Part shown: in pieces, positions 36,199-51,230 of the stretch | How the letters are laid out: each line of letters begins with the position of its first letter | Position numbering within the stretch: position 1 is the first letter of the stretch | Virus record (IMG/VR): IMGVR_UViG_3300027969_000039 | Span: 1 to 64,000 of that record | Strand: one strand, 5' to 3' | DNA: 64,000 bases | Program-made: the position numbers and the translations under genes | Notes under the pieces: model-generated | What the model was told of the DNA's origin: nothing | Databases searched by the model: none | What the model saw: only the letters and a program-made list of their open reading frames with translations

Positions 36199-38994
36199 TT
36201 ATCTTCTGTGATTCATAATCTGTAAGATACGGTCTAAGTCATCTTGACCTTCTTTTACATCTTTCTTGTCATCTTTTTTAGCCATTGATTTGGTAAGCGT
36301 ATCTAGCGCGTGTTTGACCATTTTTTCTTTTGATATTGGCTTTGCTTCTTTATCAGGACCAGGACGCGGATCAGTATCACGACCTGTATACGCGCTTGGT
36401 TGGCTCTTGTCCATTTCTTCTAATACGCTACCAATATCAGTATCACGCTTGTCATGTTGTGGTGATTTTGGTTTTTCTAATCTCTTTAGTATACTTGAGA
36501 TTTTCTGATGTATTCTATCTGAGCCAGCCTCGATAGGATCTCTGCTCCAGTCTGTGTTGGAACGCTCATAATCATTTGGATTCAAATCTCTATCATATTG
36601 TGTATGAGTACCTTCATCCATTTCATCTTCAGTTGTAACTGCTTGAGCATCCATGTTGATGAAGTTTTCTTTCATTTTACGGTCGCCGTATAATTCTTTA
36701 TCAGTAATCTTATCAGCAGCAGCAACTGCATCTTTGCCAAACTTTTTTTCTACTCTCTTTTCGGTTGCATCTGCTTTGCGGTGTGCCTCGTCATCTCCCC
36801 ATCCATCCATACCATGCGCTCTGCGTTTACCTAAAGTTTTTACTGCTAATTCTTGTGAAATTTCATCTAGTTGACTTTCATTAGCACCGACTAGTTTACC
36901 TACTGCACCTTTTGGGCCTACTTTTTCTGTAGGTCCTAATTGACCTACACGCTTTTGATTAGCATCAAGACCTTCATCTACTTCTTTTTCTTTTTGACGT
37001 TGTTCTAACTCTTTGCCATACTTCTGTACTTTTTCGCGGAAGCTTTTCTCTTGTTCTTTGCTAGTCTCGCCTTTAGTAGACTTACGTGCATCATATTGAC
37101 CCATGTCTACTTCTTCAGATACACCTTCTTCTTTGTGACTAAATTTAGCACGAATGTTTTGCATTTTTTCTTTACCAGCATGTTCACGACCTGCTTTGCG
37201 TAATGCGTCCATACCTTTTTCACCGTACTTCTTATTACCTAAGTATGCTTGCAATGCACTTTCTTCAACTTCTTCTTCTGGCAATACACCTTTTGGTCCG
37301 CCACGCATTGTATATTGACTACTTGCTTTCATGTCACCCATGCGGCCTTTAGTTAGAGTTCCTTTTTTGCCTGCTTTATCTGTTTTGTACACATCATCTG
37401 GTCCAGCTGATTTTTTTAAAGCAAGTGTATCATAGTTAGGTTTCTTACCTGAGTTGTATCTTCTTTGAGTTGTTATATTTCCAAGGGCATTCATAGCATC
37501 ACCTATAGAATCAAAGGTCGAATGAATATCATCAGTACCGTAATAACCGTTATTAACATTAAAGTCTACTTTAATTTTACCAGTTTTTAAATCTTGTATA
37601 ACGGTACCGCTAGCATCATATCCATCTTCATCATCATCAAAATCAAATTGTCTTGTATTAGGTTCATCTGGGTCAACTTCATACCAGCCGTGTAAATTTT
37701 CAATTGCTTTACCAAAATCTCCTTTACCTTCAGCGATACCATTCAATGATTGTGTAACTTGCTTGACCCAACCACTAACATCACTACCGCCAATTTCTTC
37801 AACATCACCTACATATTCAGCAACGCTATCAATAGCATCTCCTACTTTTTCAGGGCCATATTTCTGCAATAAATCTGGGTGTTGCATTAGTATGCGTCTT
37901 GTTATAGCTTGTGTAACCGGACTATACTGGTCTAAACTTTCAGGAATGCCAACTGGGTTATTGCTTGTAAGGCTTTCTTCTTCGACCAAACTGTCAGCCC
38001 ACTCTGCTAGCTTGTTCATCTCTTTATCAACCACTGATTCAGAAACTTTTTTATGTATTCTATTCAATATAGGCATTACACTTTCAATACGTGGATCTAA
38101 TGTTTCTTGTACAAACAATTCATTTAGATTAGATTCATCACCTTCAGTTTCCATCAATGCAGGAGTCCAGCTTTCAAAGTAAGCATTGTATCCACGCTTA
38201 CCAGTCATGCGGCTCAATGATTCGCGTAGACTTTGATAGTGTGCGATACCTTCATTGACTAATGATTGTGCTGATTCATTGAATTGACCATTACGTGTAG
38301 CACGAACGAATCCAGCCATCTTGCTATATTCTTCACATAGGCTATGAACATGGTTCCAACGATCATCATTGACTTTGCCACCTTCAGCGATATGTCTAGC
38401 ATATACACGGGCGATACCTGGCTTCTTAGTATCAAGTAGATAGCGTTCGCCTTCTTGATTCTCTAGGAATATCCTATTGATGTTACGATAGCGTTGTTCA
38501 CCTTCTTCAATGACACGGCTGTGTTCAATGACAATCTTGACTGTAGGTATAGCATCGCTATAACTTGCTTTTCTGCCCATTGGGTAGTAACCCTCTGCTA
38601 TTTTGTCTTTGTCTCTCATATGTTTCCTTCTTGCCATATCGTCATTAACATGGTCTTTGTTCTTTGTATTAAATCCTTTAAGTCCTCTAGTCATTCTAAA
38701 AGAACTTAATTGATGTAAAAATCCGCTCCAAGAATCATCATAATCTAATCCCGGGGTTTTATCACCAGGACTATTAGATACATCATCACCGAAATATACA
38801 GTTAATACTCTATCATCATCTAATGTAACAAAGACGGTTCCGTATTCTTCCCCGTCTTTAGTAAATTCAAACTTGAAAATGTCTGCTTCATCTGGAACTG
38901 GAGTAGCTTTACCTGTTGCGTCTAACGGTTTTGGTTTATATTTGGACAACAATTGATAAAGTTGACGGTTGAGGGTTTCTGTATTAGTTGGCAT
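36199..38994 (-). CDS. large highly charged late protein, probable internal head protein
   Basis: 931 aa; repeated EEVxE / xDEG linkers between short modules; late box 5 nt before ATG; next to terminase. Confidence 0.5.
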   Translation of the reverse strand: MPTNTETLNRQLYQLLSKYKPKPLDATGKATPVPDEADIFKFEFTKDGEEYGTVFVTLDDDRVLTVYFGDDVSNSPGDKTPGLDYDDSWSGFLHQLSSFRMTRGLKGFNTKNKDHVNDDMARRKHMRDKDKIAEGYYPMGRKASYSDAIPTVKIVIEHSRVIEEGEQRYRNINRIFLENQEGERYLLDTKKPGIARVYARHIAEGGKVNDDRWNHVHSLCEEYSKMAGFVRATRNGQFNESAQSLVNEGIAHYQSLRESLSRMTGKRGYNAYFESWTPALMETEGDESNLNELFVQETLDPRIESVMPILNRIHKKVSESVVDKEMNKLAEWADSLVEEESLTSNNPVGIPESLDQYSPVTQAITRRILMQHPDLLQKYGPEKVGDAIDSVAEYVGDVEEIGGSDVSGWVKQVTQSLNGIAEGKGDFGKAIENLHGWYEVDPDEPNTRQFDFDDDEDGYDASGTVIQDLKTGKIKVDFNVNNGYYGTDDIHSTFDSIGDAMNALGNITTQRRYNSGKKPNYDTLALKKSAGPDDVYKTDKAGKKGTLTKGRMGDMKASSQYTMRGGPKGVLPEEEVEESALQAYLGNKKYGEKGMDALRKAGREHAGKEKMQNIRAKFSHKEEGVSEEVDMGQYDARKSTKGETSKEQEKSFREKVQKYGKELEQRQKEKEVDEGLDANQKRVGQLGPTEKVGPKGAVGKLVGANESQLDEISQELAVKTLGKRRAHGMDGWGDDEAHRKADATEKRVEKKFGKDAVAAADKITDKELYGDRKMKENFINMDAQAVTTEDEMDEGTHTQYDRDLNPNDYERSNTDWSRDPIEAGSDRIHQKISSILKRLEKPKSPQHDKRDTDIGSVLEEMDKSQPSAYTGRDTDPRPGPDKEAKPISKEKMVKHALDTLTKSMAKKDDKKDVKEGQDDLDRILQIMNHRR

Positions 38995-39013
38995 AATTGT
39001 ATTTATCTTAATC

Positions 39014-40567
39014 TCAACTTAGTACGGCAAAGAATGGTAGTGGAGCAATGAATTCCTCGTGGTCCTTAACATAACTGTCTAATTCAAAGTGATATGAACC
39101 TAATTCCTGTATCATTCTGACAGATAATAAGCTGGCCATAATCAAGTCGTCCGTATCCCCAACTTTAGCAGCATAACTACCCGCATGTGCTACAAACGCT
39201 TTTAATTCGCTGATAAGACTACGACTATTTACGGTTAGTTTCTTGCTTTCAAGCAATGTCTTAAACTTAGCGCAAGCAGTTAATTTGCTCTTATTTGTTG
39301 TATTGAAACCTTTACGCTTCTTTCCAGGTTCACTGATAAAAATTCCTGGAATATTATTCTCTCCATATTCGTTTAATGATACCAATGCTGCTTCGCCAAT
39401 ACTATTGTTCTCTACACTATAATAGACATTGTTTGGTTCATTTGTACATTCAACAATATACTTGTTTATCTGAGCCATTAGTTTAATCTGTGTTGGGATA
39501 TCAGTTTTATTGTGCTTCCATTCACCAACTTGTGTAACTGTATTTGCCTCATATATTTGTATAGCAGCTGGGTCATTGCCTGTGCCAATACTAGGGTCTA
39601 ATGCTACTGTATAGATATTGCCTTTGACTGGTTTCTGATACCAACGAACTTGCCCCATTCTACTTACTGGTTCTATACCCTGTAAATCAAGCAATGTGTT
39701 TGGATTAATAAGTGTTTCATCTGCAATAATGAATTCACAACCAATTTCACGACGGAATCTATCTTCACCTAATTGTGCTTTCATTTCATCAGCCCACTTT
39801 TGGTCTCTGCCAGGTTGTTCTTGCCAGTCTGCTCTATATGCTTTGAATCCGTTGATACCTAGTTCTGTTGTGTTACCAAATTCATCTTCAGTTTTGTTAG
39901 CACCTTTCCAGATGAAAGCAAATTGATCCTCATCACTATTTGGGGTACTTGTGATAATTGCTTTACCACCAGTACTTAATGTTGGTGTAATGGCTGTCCA
40001 GAATTCTTTAGCGATACTTGGTCTAACGAACGCAAACTCGTCTAGGTATAACAATGTAATAGACATACCACGACCTGTATTTTCAGTAGTAGTTGCAGAA
40101 ACAATACGACTACCATTTTCAAAGTCTAATGAGCCTTTGTTATAAGTTGTTACACCTGCTTTGATATAGTCTGGGCAGTTTTCATATGCATAACGAACAC
40201 GCTGCATAATTTCTTGTGCGCCTGTGTATTTGTGTGCTGCTATAAGAATAGTACTGTCTGGTACAAACATAGCATACCAAAGTAAGTACCCAGCTGCACT
40301 AGTTGATTTGCCTGATTGTCGAGGCATTAAACTGATACTGTAGCGATAGTTATGATATGTGTTAATTAATCGTTTCTGATAGTCATAGGGATGATACACC
40401 ATACTTCCCTTAGTAGGGTGTTGTATCATAAAGAAGTTATCCATGAAGTATAGATAACCTGTGTCAGGGTCGCAACACTTTATAAAGTCCTGTAATTCCT
40501 TATCGTTCTTAAATTTTGTTTTAGTATAAGGATCTTTTACTAGAGATGCTTGACCTGTTTTATTCAT
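39014..40567 (-). CDS. terL: terminase large subunit (T4 gp17-like)
   Basis: PRQSGKS Walker A, LYLDEFAF Walker B, ITSTPN, nuclease ALDPS..G.D and DDLIMA. Confidence 0.95.
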   Translation of the reverse strand: MNKTGQASLVKDPYTKTKFKNDKELQDFIKCCDPDTGYLYFMDNFFMIQHPTKGSMVYHPYDYQKRLINTYHNYRYSISLMPRQSGKSTSAAGYLLWYAMFVPDSTILIAAHKYTGAQEIMQRVRYAYENCPDYIKAGVTTYNKGSLDFENGSRIVSATTTENTGRGMSITLLYLDEFAFVRPSIAKEFWTAITPTLSTGGKAIITSTPNSDEDQFAFIWKGANKTEDEFGNTTELGINGFKAYRADWQEQPGRDQKWADEMKAQLGEDRFRREIGCEFIIADETLINPNTLLDLQGIEPVSRMGQVRWYQKPVKGNIYTVALDPSIGTGNDPAAIQIYEANTVTQVGEWKHNKTDIPTQIKLMAQINKYIVECTNEPNNVYYSVENNSIGEAALVSLNEYGENNIPGIFISEPGKKRKGFNTTNKSKLTACAKFKTLLESKKLTVNSRSLISELKAFVAHAGSYAAKVGDTDDLIMASLLSVRMIQELGSYHFELDSYVKDHEEFIAPLPFFAVLS

Positions 40568-40611
40568 AACTTTATTTATGTGGATAACTACCCAATTATA
40601 TAATTAGGTAA

Positions 40612-45378
<4,767 letters not shown>

Positions 45379-45393
45379 CTATCTATTTAACTG

Positions 45394-47112
45394 TTAAAGA
45401 GTAATGTAACCCCAATTTACTACTTGTGATGTTCCGCTATTGTTTGTAATACCAAATGTAAACACATTAGCAGTTGTAGTACTAACCACAGCATTACTAA
45501 TATTGTTCACAGTTCCAACAATCTGCGTGGGTATCGCTGTAAGTACTAATGCATTACCTGCTGCATAATACCAACCATAACTACTACCTACTACCGGAAC
45601 ATTGGTATTTGTAACAACCACTGTAGCAGTATATGTAACAATACCATTTGGAATATTTCCTCTAACCCATAATGAGTAAGTACCGTTTATAGGAACCGTA
45701 ATACTTACTGTGTTAGTACCTGCTGATAATGTCCAACTACCAGTTGTTGAGCCTGCACCCACACCAGTAGCACCTGTAATGCCTGTACTACCAGTTGCGC
45801 CAGTTGGTCCTGTAGCACCACTAGCGCCAGTTGTACCTACACCAGTAGCACCTGTGGCGCCCGGGCCAGTAGCACCGGTCGAACCATTGTATCCAGTAGC
45901 ACCAGTTGCGCCTGTACTTCCTACTCCTTGTACTCCTGCGATACTAGTATCAAGCCACAATATATTATGATCGACAGGAGCAGTAGATTGAGCAATTAAA
46001 CCTTGCTCACCTGTTGCACCTGTGCTACCTAAACCAGTTGCTCCAATGGCACCTGTTGCACCTGTGCTACCTAAACCAGTTGCGCCCGTAGCGCCTGTTG
46101 TACCTATATAACCAGTTGCGCCAGTAGCACCTGTTGTGCCTATATAACCAGTTGCGCCAGTAGCACCTGTTGTGCCTACAAAACCGGTTGCTCCTGTTGC
46201 ACCTGTACTACCAATATAACCCGTAGCACCCGTTGCTCCAGTTGTACCTACAACGCCGGTGGCGCCAGTAGTGCCTGTGGCGCCAGTGGTACCAATCTCG
46301 CCTGTTGCACCTGTTGCGCCTATCCCAGTAGCGCCAGTGGAGCCTTCATTGCCTATATTACCAGTAGCACCTGTTGCACCATTGTAGCCGGTAGCACCAG
46401 TAGACCCAGCCCCGGCTGGTCCGGTTGCACCTGTTGATCCTGTACCAGATGGTCCGGTTGCTCCTGTACTACCTATTGCACCTGTTGCACCAGTAGAACC
46501 ACCAGCTCCCCCACCGCCACCAGCGAAAGGGGTGCCATTAGCATAGAAATAGTTGTCAGTATAAATTGCGTTTGGTACTACATTGCCACTTGCATTTAAA
46601 TTTATCGTATCAACATTGCCATATATCAATGCATATGATGCTGAAAAATTTGTAGTGTTAAGTGCAGCATTTGCTTGATCCCAAGTTAAACTAGGACTAC
46701 CATCAAAGTTACCTGTATTGTTAAATTGAATCTGTCCATTGCCACCGCCTACTTCGCCGTTACCGGATCCACCACCTGTAACCCAAGTAAGATTACCGGC
46801 TCCATCTGTTACTAAATATTGACCGCTATTGCCACCGGTGACTTTGAATGTACCTATACTTAAAGTACCAACTCGTGTGATATTGGGTTGTGCTGCATTT
46901 ACTACAGAATATGCTAAATTAGCTAATGCTGCCGGTGCAAAATTTGCACCTCCTGCACCGGATAATATTAAATTTCCTGCAACTTGCATGTTAGCTTTTT
47001 GTGTTACAGGGTCTCCGGACATGTTAACAACCGGAAATAACGAATTAGCCGCTATATTGCTACCTATATTAGGTAACTCTGTTATTTTAATTGTTAAATT
47101 AGACGTAGCCAT
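45394..47112 (-). CDS. collagen-like tail fibre protein
   Basis: long G-X-T repeat; N-term KITELP..; start refined to MATSNL with AAGGA RBS. Confidence 0.78.
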   Translation of the reverse strand: MATSNLTIKITELPNIGSNIAANSLFPVVNMSGDPVTQKANMQVAGNLILSGAGGANFAPAALANLAYSVVNAAQPNITRVGTLSIGTFKVTGGNSGQYLVTDGAGNLTWVTGGGSGNGEVGGGNGQIQFNNTGNFDGSPSLTWDQANAALNTTNFSASYALIYGNVDTINLNASGNVVPNAIYTDNYFYANGTPFAGGGGGAGGSTGATGAIGSTGATGPSGTGSTGATGPAGAGSTGATGYNGATGATGNIGNEGSTGATGIGATGATGEIGTTGATGTTGATGVVGTTGATGATGYIGSTGATGATGFVGTTGATGATGYIGTTGATGATGYIGTTGATGATGLGSTGATGAIGATGLGSTGATGEQGLIAQSTAPVDHNILWLDTSIAGVQGVGSTGATGATGYNGSTGATGPGATGATGVGTTGASGATGPTGATGSTGITGATGVGAGSTTGSWTLSAGTNTVSITVPINGTYSLWVRGNIPNGIVTYTATVVVTNTNVPVVGSSYGWYYAAGNALVLTAIPTQIVGTVNNISNAVVSTTTANVFTFGITNNSGTSQVVNWGYITL

Positions 47113-47154
47113 TAAATATCCTTTTATTCTTGTATTTATCAACAGTGGACATGG

Positions 47155-47178
47155 AAAGACCGAGCATGCTCGGTCTTT
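47155..47178. terminator. perfect 24-bp palindrome, probable terminator
   Basis: AAAGACCGAGCATGCTCGGTCTTT. Confidence 0.65.
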
Positions 47179-47194
47179 GATAGGTTAAATACAA

Positions 47195-47896
47195 TTATTT
47201 GATATCTAGAGGTCTTTGCTTAGTAGCAACGATACAGTAAAAATGTTCTTTTGCTTTTTTCTTTTCACCTTCTGGATCTGCATCATTCGGAAATTCAATA
47301 TCAAATTCAAAGTTTTGAAACAAGTCAATGTTGAATCCAGTGCGTGTAATCAATGCTGCTAGTTGATTCTTACCTAAAATACTATAGTGATTTAGGTTAA
47401 ATTCATGCTGTCTTTCAGTATCTGGGGCAGGAACTTCAATGTAAATCTTGCCAAACTGTTTAAGAATACGATTATATTCCATTAAGCTAAAGATAGGGTA
47501 TGGACTATGTTCCAATGCATGACGCAAAAAGATAAAGTCTACACTTTCATCATGGTATCCATCTTTTTGTGGGATAAAACTCAAGTCATATTTCTTAATC
47601 TTGTGACCTTTATCTTCACAGATTTTAATGTCTCCCGGGCTTAATGTTACACCAGTTAAATCAGTATAGCCTCTAGATTTCATTTGATCTAAGAAATAGC
47701 CTGGGCCACATCCTAAGTCTAAAATCTTGCTATCTTTTTTTAGATTTAATGGGTCGATATATTGTTCAACCACTGATTTAGTCAATGACGAATGCATTTG
47801 ACTATCGCCCTCATCATAGATGTGAGCAGTATACAACCATTCGTTGTAGAATTTTAACTTGATTAAGTCAAGTGTTTGGTTAATATCGATTATCAT
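47195..47896 (-). CDS. class I SAM-dependent methyltransferase
   Basis: ILDLGCGPG, DFIFLRHALEHS, RILK..GKIYIEVP. Confidence 0.88.
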   Translation of the reverse strand: MIIDINQTLDLIKLKFYNEWLYTAHIYDEGDSQMHSSLTKSVVEQYIDPLNLKKDSKILDLGCGPGYFLDQMKSRGYTDLTGVTLSPGDIKICEDKGHKIKKYDLSFIPQKDGYHDESVDFIFLRHALEHSPYPIFSLMEYNRILKQFGKIYIEVPAPDTERQHEFNLNHYSILGKNQLAALITRTGFNIDLFQNFEFDIEFPNDADPEGEKKKAKEHFYCIVATKQRPLDIK

Positions 47897-47948
47897 TAAG
47901 GTTCCTATAATTTGATATAATTACTTATTCTAGGAATATGATGATTGA

Positions 47949-48326
47949 TTATTTTCTTTTGTAACCTTTGAATGGTTTCACAATACTTTGCGTATTGGTA
48001 TCAGGCAATTCTATACTTTCATCATCTCCATGATTCAAGTCCACAATATCACTACCCACTGCTTTATATGCTTGCTTGAGCATTTTTGATTCTATATCAG
48101 TATATGGATGTGCTGTATTATAACGACCACTCCATGTTTCTGCATCTATCTCTAATGGAGTAGTTCCATCTGCGCTAGCAACTGCCATCATAATACGATT
48201 CAATTCATAAGTACGGTCATACCCACCCGGATCACGAAACTTATGTAACCCACGCATGGCAAAGGATTGTCTTTTGGTAGGTGTACCGATCGTTCGTTGC
48301 TCAGTTAAAAACTCACTTGCTCTCAT
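47949..48326 (-). CDS. putative internal head protein (capsid-targeting-like N-terminus)
   Basis: MRASEFLTE; paralogue of upstream gene. Confidence 0.55.
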   Translation of the reverse strand: MRASEFLTEQRTIGTPTKRQSFAMRGLHKFRDPGGYDRTYELNRIMMAVASADGTTPLEIDAETWSGRYNTAHPYTDIESKMLKQAYKAVGSDIVDLNHGDDESIELPDTNTQSIVKPFKGYKRK

Positions 48327-48715
48327 TTTGGATAACCTTTAAATGCTTTAACTGGACTGACCTTAACTACATCAGTTGCTTCTTCACTTTTGTTAGTACT
48401 GATTAGTACTTTCTTACCTGGAACACCTGTTTCTTTCATTGCATAGTCAATATCTTTTTCAATATCACCATCCATATATGAACTTACAATCATATTCTCT
48501 CCCCATGGAGTTTCTTTTTCAAAATTATAAGCTGGAATACTATCTTGCACTCTTTCTAGTTGCCCACGAGCACCGGCCAATGCTACACCAAACCGATATT
48601 GTTTATAGAAATCACTGTTGGGCAATCCTGGAATAGTATATGTGCCCGACAATGCTCTAGCAACATCAACTGATAATGCAGCACGATTTTCCGTTATGAA
48701 TTCTTTTGCTCTCAT
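48323..48715 (-). CDS. putative internal head protein (capsid-targeting-like N-terminus)
   Basis: MRAKEFITE; shares C-term V(K)xFKGY. Confidence 0.55.
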   Translation of the reverse strand: MRAKEFITENRAALSVDVARALSGTYTIPGLPNSDFYKQYRFGVALAGARGQLERVQDSIPAYNFEKETPWGENMIVSSYMDGDIEKDIDYAMKETGVPGKKVLISTNKSEEATDVVKVSPVKAFKGYPK

Positions 48716-49251
48716 ACTGTTATTTCGTTTTCCGTCTGTATGTTGAAATTGTTTTCAGTATCAATTAAGTCACTAGTTGTTTCTGTTTGTAAATCTAAGC
48801 CCGGTACAGGAACACCTGTCCATGTAATCTGTGCTGATATAAAATGAAACATGGTTGTATTTACTAACGGATTAACTAATATGCGAACATTTGACGCAAA
48901 AATATCCATATTATAACCGGTCAACGCATTGCCATTGAAAATAGTACTATGTCCACTCCATTTGATATTACTACCATCTGTTAATATAGTAGCAGTTAAT
49001 GTGATATTTTCACTATCATTACTAGAAACATCATTGGAATTAATTTGAAAAACACCTTGCGTAAATGATGTAGCAGGTGTTTGAAATATTACTTGATTAG
49101 GAATAGCTCCTGTTGAATATGCACTTGAAGTAAAAAATCCTGTACTGAATAATTGTGTGAAATTGTTGTTAATCTTCTGAAAGGCCGTACGTAACGGATC
49201 ACCTTCACCGTCGTTAGGTTGAGCACCTACATTAATTATTTCTTGTGTCAT
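48712..49251 (-). CDS. baseplate wedge / tail fibre connector-like protein (T4 gp9/gp10 N-term)
   Basis: INVGAQPNDGEGDPLRTAFQKINNNF. Confidence 0.75.
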   Translation of the reverse strand: MTQEIINVGAQPNDGEGDPLRTAFQKINNNFTQLFSTGFFTSSAYSTGAIPNQVIFQTPATSFTQGVFQINSNDVSSNDSENITLTATILTDGSNIKWSGHSTIFNGNALTGYNMDIFASNVRILVNPLVNTTMFHFISAQITWTGVPVPGLDLQTETTSDLIDTENNFNIQTENEITV

Positions 49252-49292
49252 ATCTAAATCCTAAACTATAGTGTATTTATCACTATTTTGGA

Positions 49293-49562
49293 TTAGTTAG
49301 CTTCATCCCATAACTTCTTCTGAGTCAGGTACCACTCAATCCAGCTGTCATATTTACTTGCACATTCGTGGTATGTGCCGTAGTTTTTAATGACGGATTT
49401 AGTAAAATCTACGATTGTGACGGTATCACCTTCAATAGTTTCTAGTTGCTTAGGGCAACCTTTTAATAAAGTAGCAGGAGCCTCAGGGAATTTAGGAGTT
49501 AATGGAACAGGAGTGCTGCAAGATGTTAGGAAAACAGCGGCTAGTATAATTAAGTATTTCAT
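49293..49562 (-). CDS. outer-membrane spanin (Rz1-like lipoprotein)
   Basis: lipobox FLTSC, Pro-rich N-term, YHEC motif. Confidence 0.75.
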   Translation of the reverse strand: MKYLIILAAVFLTSCSTPVPLTPKFPEAPATLLKGCPKQLETIEGDTVTIVDFTKSVIKNYGTYHECASKYDSWIEWYLTQKKLWDEAN

Positions 49563-50020
49563 TTTGTTATTTCGTGTGGTATTGTTGCTGCTTCATTCAC
49601 AGATTTTAATATAACTTGAGGAATCGCAGGACAGTTCTCAATATATTTGATTACCTCGTTGTCTTTGACTACTTCCTTGTCAATATATTTTATAATATCT
49701 TGACCTTTTGTTCTGATGTATTCTGTTTTGGTGACTACTTTTTCTACAATTTTTACATTTTCTTCTTGTGAAACTGCTTCTTTTGTCGCTAGTTTAGCTT
49801 CAACCTCTTTGACTTTTAGTTGCCAAGATTCTTCGTTAGCTAACCCGCCTTCTATATAAAGTCCAAAACTCAATAATAATAAACTGATTATCTGTATGGG
49901 TAGTTGATATGTTCTGATGAAGGGGATGAAACCTAGAATAAATCCAGCGATAGTTCCTAATATTCCCGCTATTAATATTAGATGAGTTACTAAATCAGGA
50001 AGAAAGTGTAGTATGAACAT
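49559..50020 (-). CDS. inner-membrane spanin (Rz-like)
   Basis: N-term TM helices, coiled coil, overlaps o-spanin gene. Confidence 0.7.
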   Translation of the reverse strand: MFILHFLPDLVTHLILIAGILGTIAGFILGFIPFIRTYQLPIQIISLLLLSFGLYIEGGLANEESWQLKVKEVEAKLATKEAVSQEENVKIVEKVVTKTEYIRTKGQDIIKYIDKEVVKDNEVIKYIENCPAIPQVILKSVNEAATIPHEITK

Positions 50021-50028
50021 GCATATAT

Positions 50029-50988
50029 TTATCTATAATAGTCTGAGTTTTTCAACCAGTTGTAGTAGTTTTGAAAGCCTTCTTCCACATCAGTTTTAGG
50101 ATTGAATCCAAAGTCTTGTCTAGCTGCATCAATATTCAATGCTCCGCGACTTGGAAAATCAATATCTTTTGCGCCAACTTCTAAATGACCGCCACCAGCT
50201 AATTCTAGTGCCATCTGTGCAGCCTTGAGTAGGGTGACGCTGTGGCTCTTTGTGATGTTGTATGTCTTGTTCTCTGTATTGTCGCTTAATGCTGCTGCTA
50301 CAATACCATCAGCCGCATCATCTACATAAGTGAAGTCTAGTTTTTCATGCTCACCATTGACTTTCAGTACTTTGCCCCGCATTGCTGTGAGTAAGAATTT
50401 GCTGATGACACGATCCTCTACATCGAATGGTCCATAAACAGCACTGGGGCGAATAATAGTATGAACAAGATTAGTACGGCGAGTATAGTCTTTAACAAGC
50501 CATTCACCCGCGAGTTTGAGTATTCCATATTGTCCTTGTGGTTTGCATTCATAATCTTCCTTTACATCATCTTTAAAATCACCATATACCATAGACGAAC
50601 TAATATAGATGAACTTACGAACATCGTAATTGTTACTAGATTCTAATAGATTGAGTAATCCTTCGCTCATAGTACGGCTACCTAATGCTGGATTACTATT
50701 GACAACTTTCTGTCTAGGAAAGCTAGCCATGTGAATCACGATCTCCGGTTCTTCAATTCTAAAAATGTTATCTATTTCTTTAGCGTATGTGATATCTGTC
50801 ACATACTGAAAACTCGTATCACCAATCTTCTTTTGTCGTTCAGCCATGAGATAATCAATCTCACTTTGAGGGATGATACCATAGTTAGTCTTGTTATCAA
50901 TTATTGATACTGTATGTCCTTGATCCTGTAATCGTTTTACTACATTGTGACCGATTAGGCCCATACCGCCTGTTACTAATATGTTCAT
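50029..50988 (-). CDS. NAD-dependent NDP-sugar epimerase/dehydratase
   Basis: GGMGLIG, SSSMVYG, YGILK, RPSAVYGP, DFTYVDD. Confidence 0.9.
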   Translation of the reverse strand: MNILVTGGMGLIGHNVVKRLQDQGHTVSIIDNKTNYGIIPQSEIDYLMAERQKKIGDTSFQYVTDITYAKEIDNIFRIEEPEIVIHMASFPRQKVVNSNPALGSRTMSEGLLNLLESSNNYDVRKFIYISSSMVYGDFKDDVKEDYECKPQGQYGILKLAGEWLVKDYTRRTNLVHTIIRPSAVYGPFDVEDRVISKFLLTAMRGKVLKVNGEHEKLDFTYVDDAADGIVAAALSDNTENKTYNITKSHSVTLLKAAQMALELAGGGHLEVGAKDIDFPSRGALNIDAARQDFGFNPKTDVEEGFQNYYNWLKNSDYYR

Positions 50989-51230
50989 TGGAATTTTAAT
51001 TTAAAATAAGTGTGGTCGATAGCTTTGAGTTTTGCTGTTATAGTATATACATGCCCATAATTGAATTGATCAGAAGTTCTATTCCACATTGGAACATCTA
51101 CTGCATTATCCATGACCCATCTACCTGCTTCTGATTGTTGCCATTCCCATAATGGATGTGCTATATACAAATCGGGATCTTCTACATCTCCCATTTTTAT
51201 TGTATGTACTACGCACTCTACTATATTCAT
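50985..51230 (-). CDS. small hypothetical protein, distant FxLRW-family member
   Basis: GRWVMDNA...HTYFKLKFQ. Confidence 0.5.
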   Translation of the reverse strand: MNIVECVVHTIKMGDVEDPDLYIAHPLWEWQQSEAGRWVMDNAVDVPMWNRTSDQFNYGHVYTITAKLKAIDHTYFKLKFQ

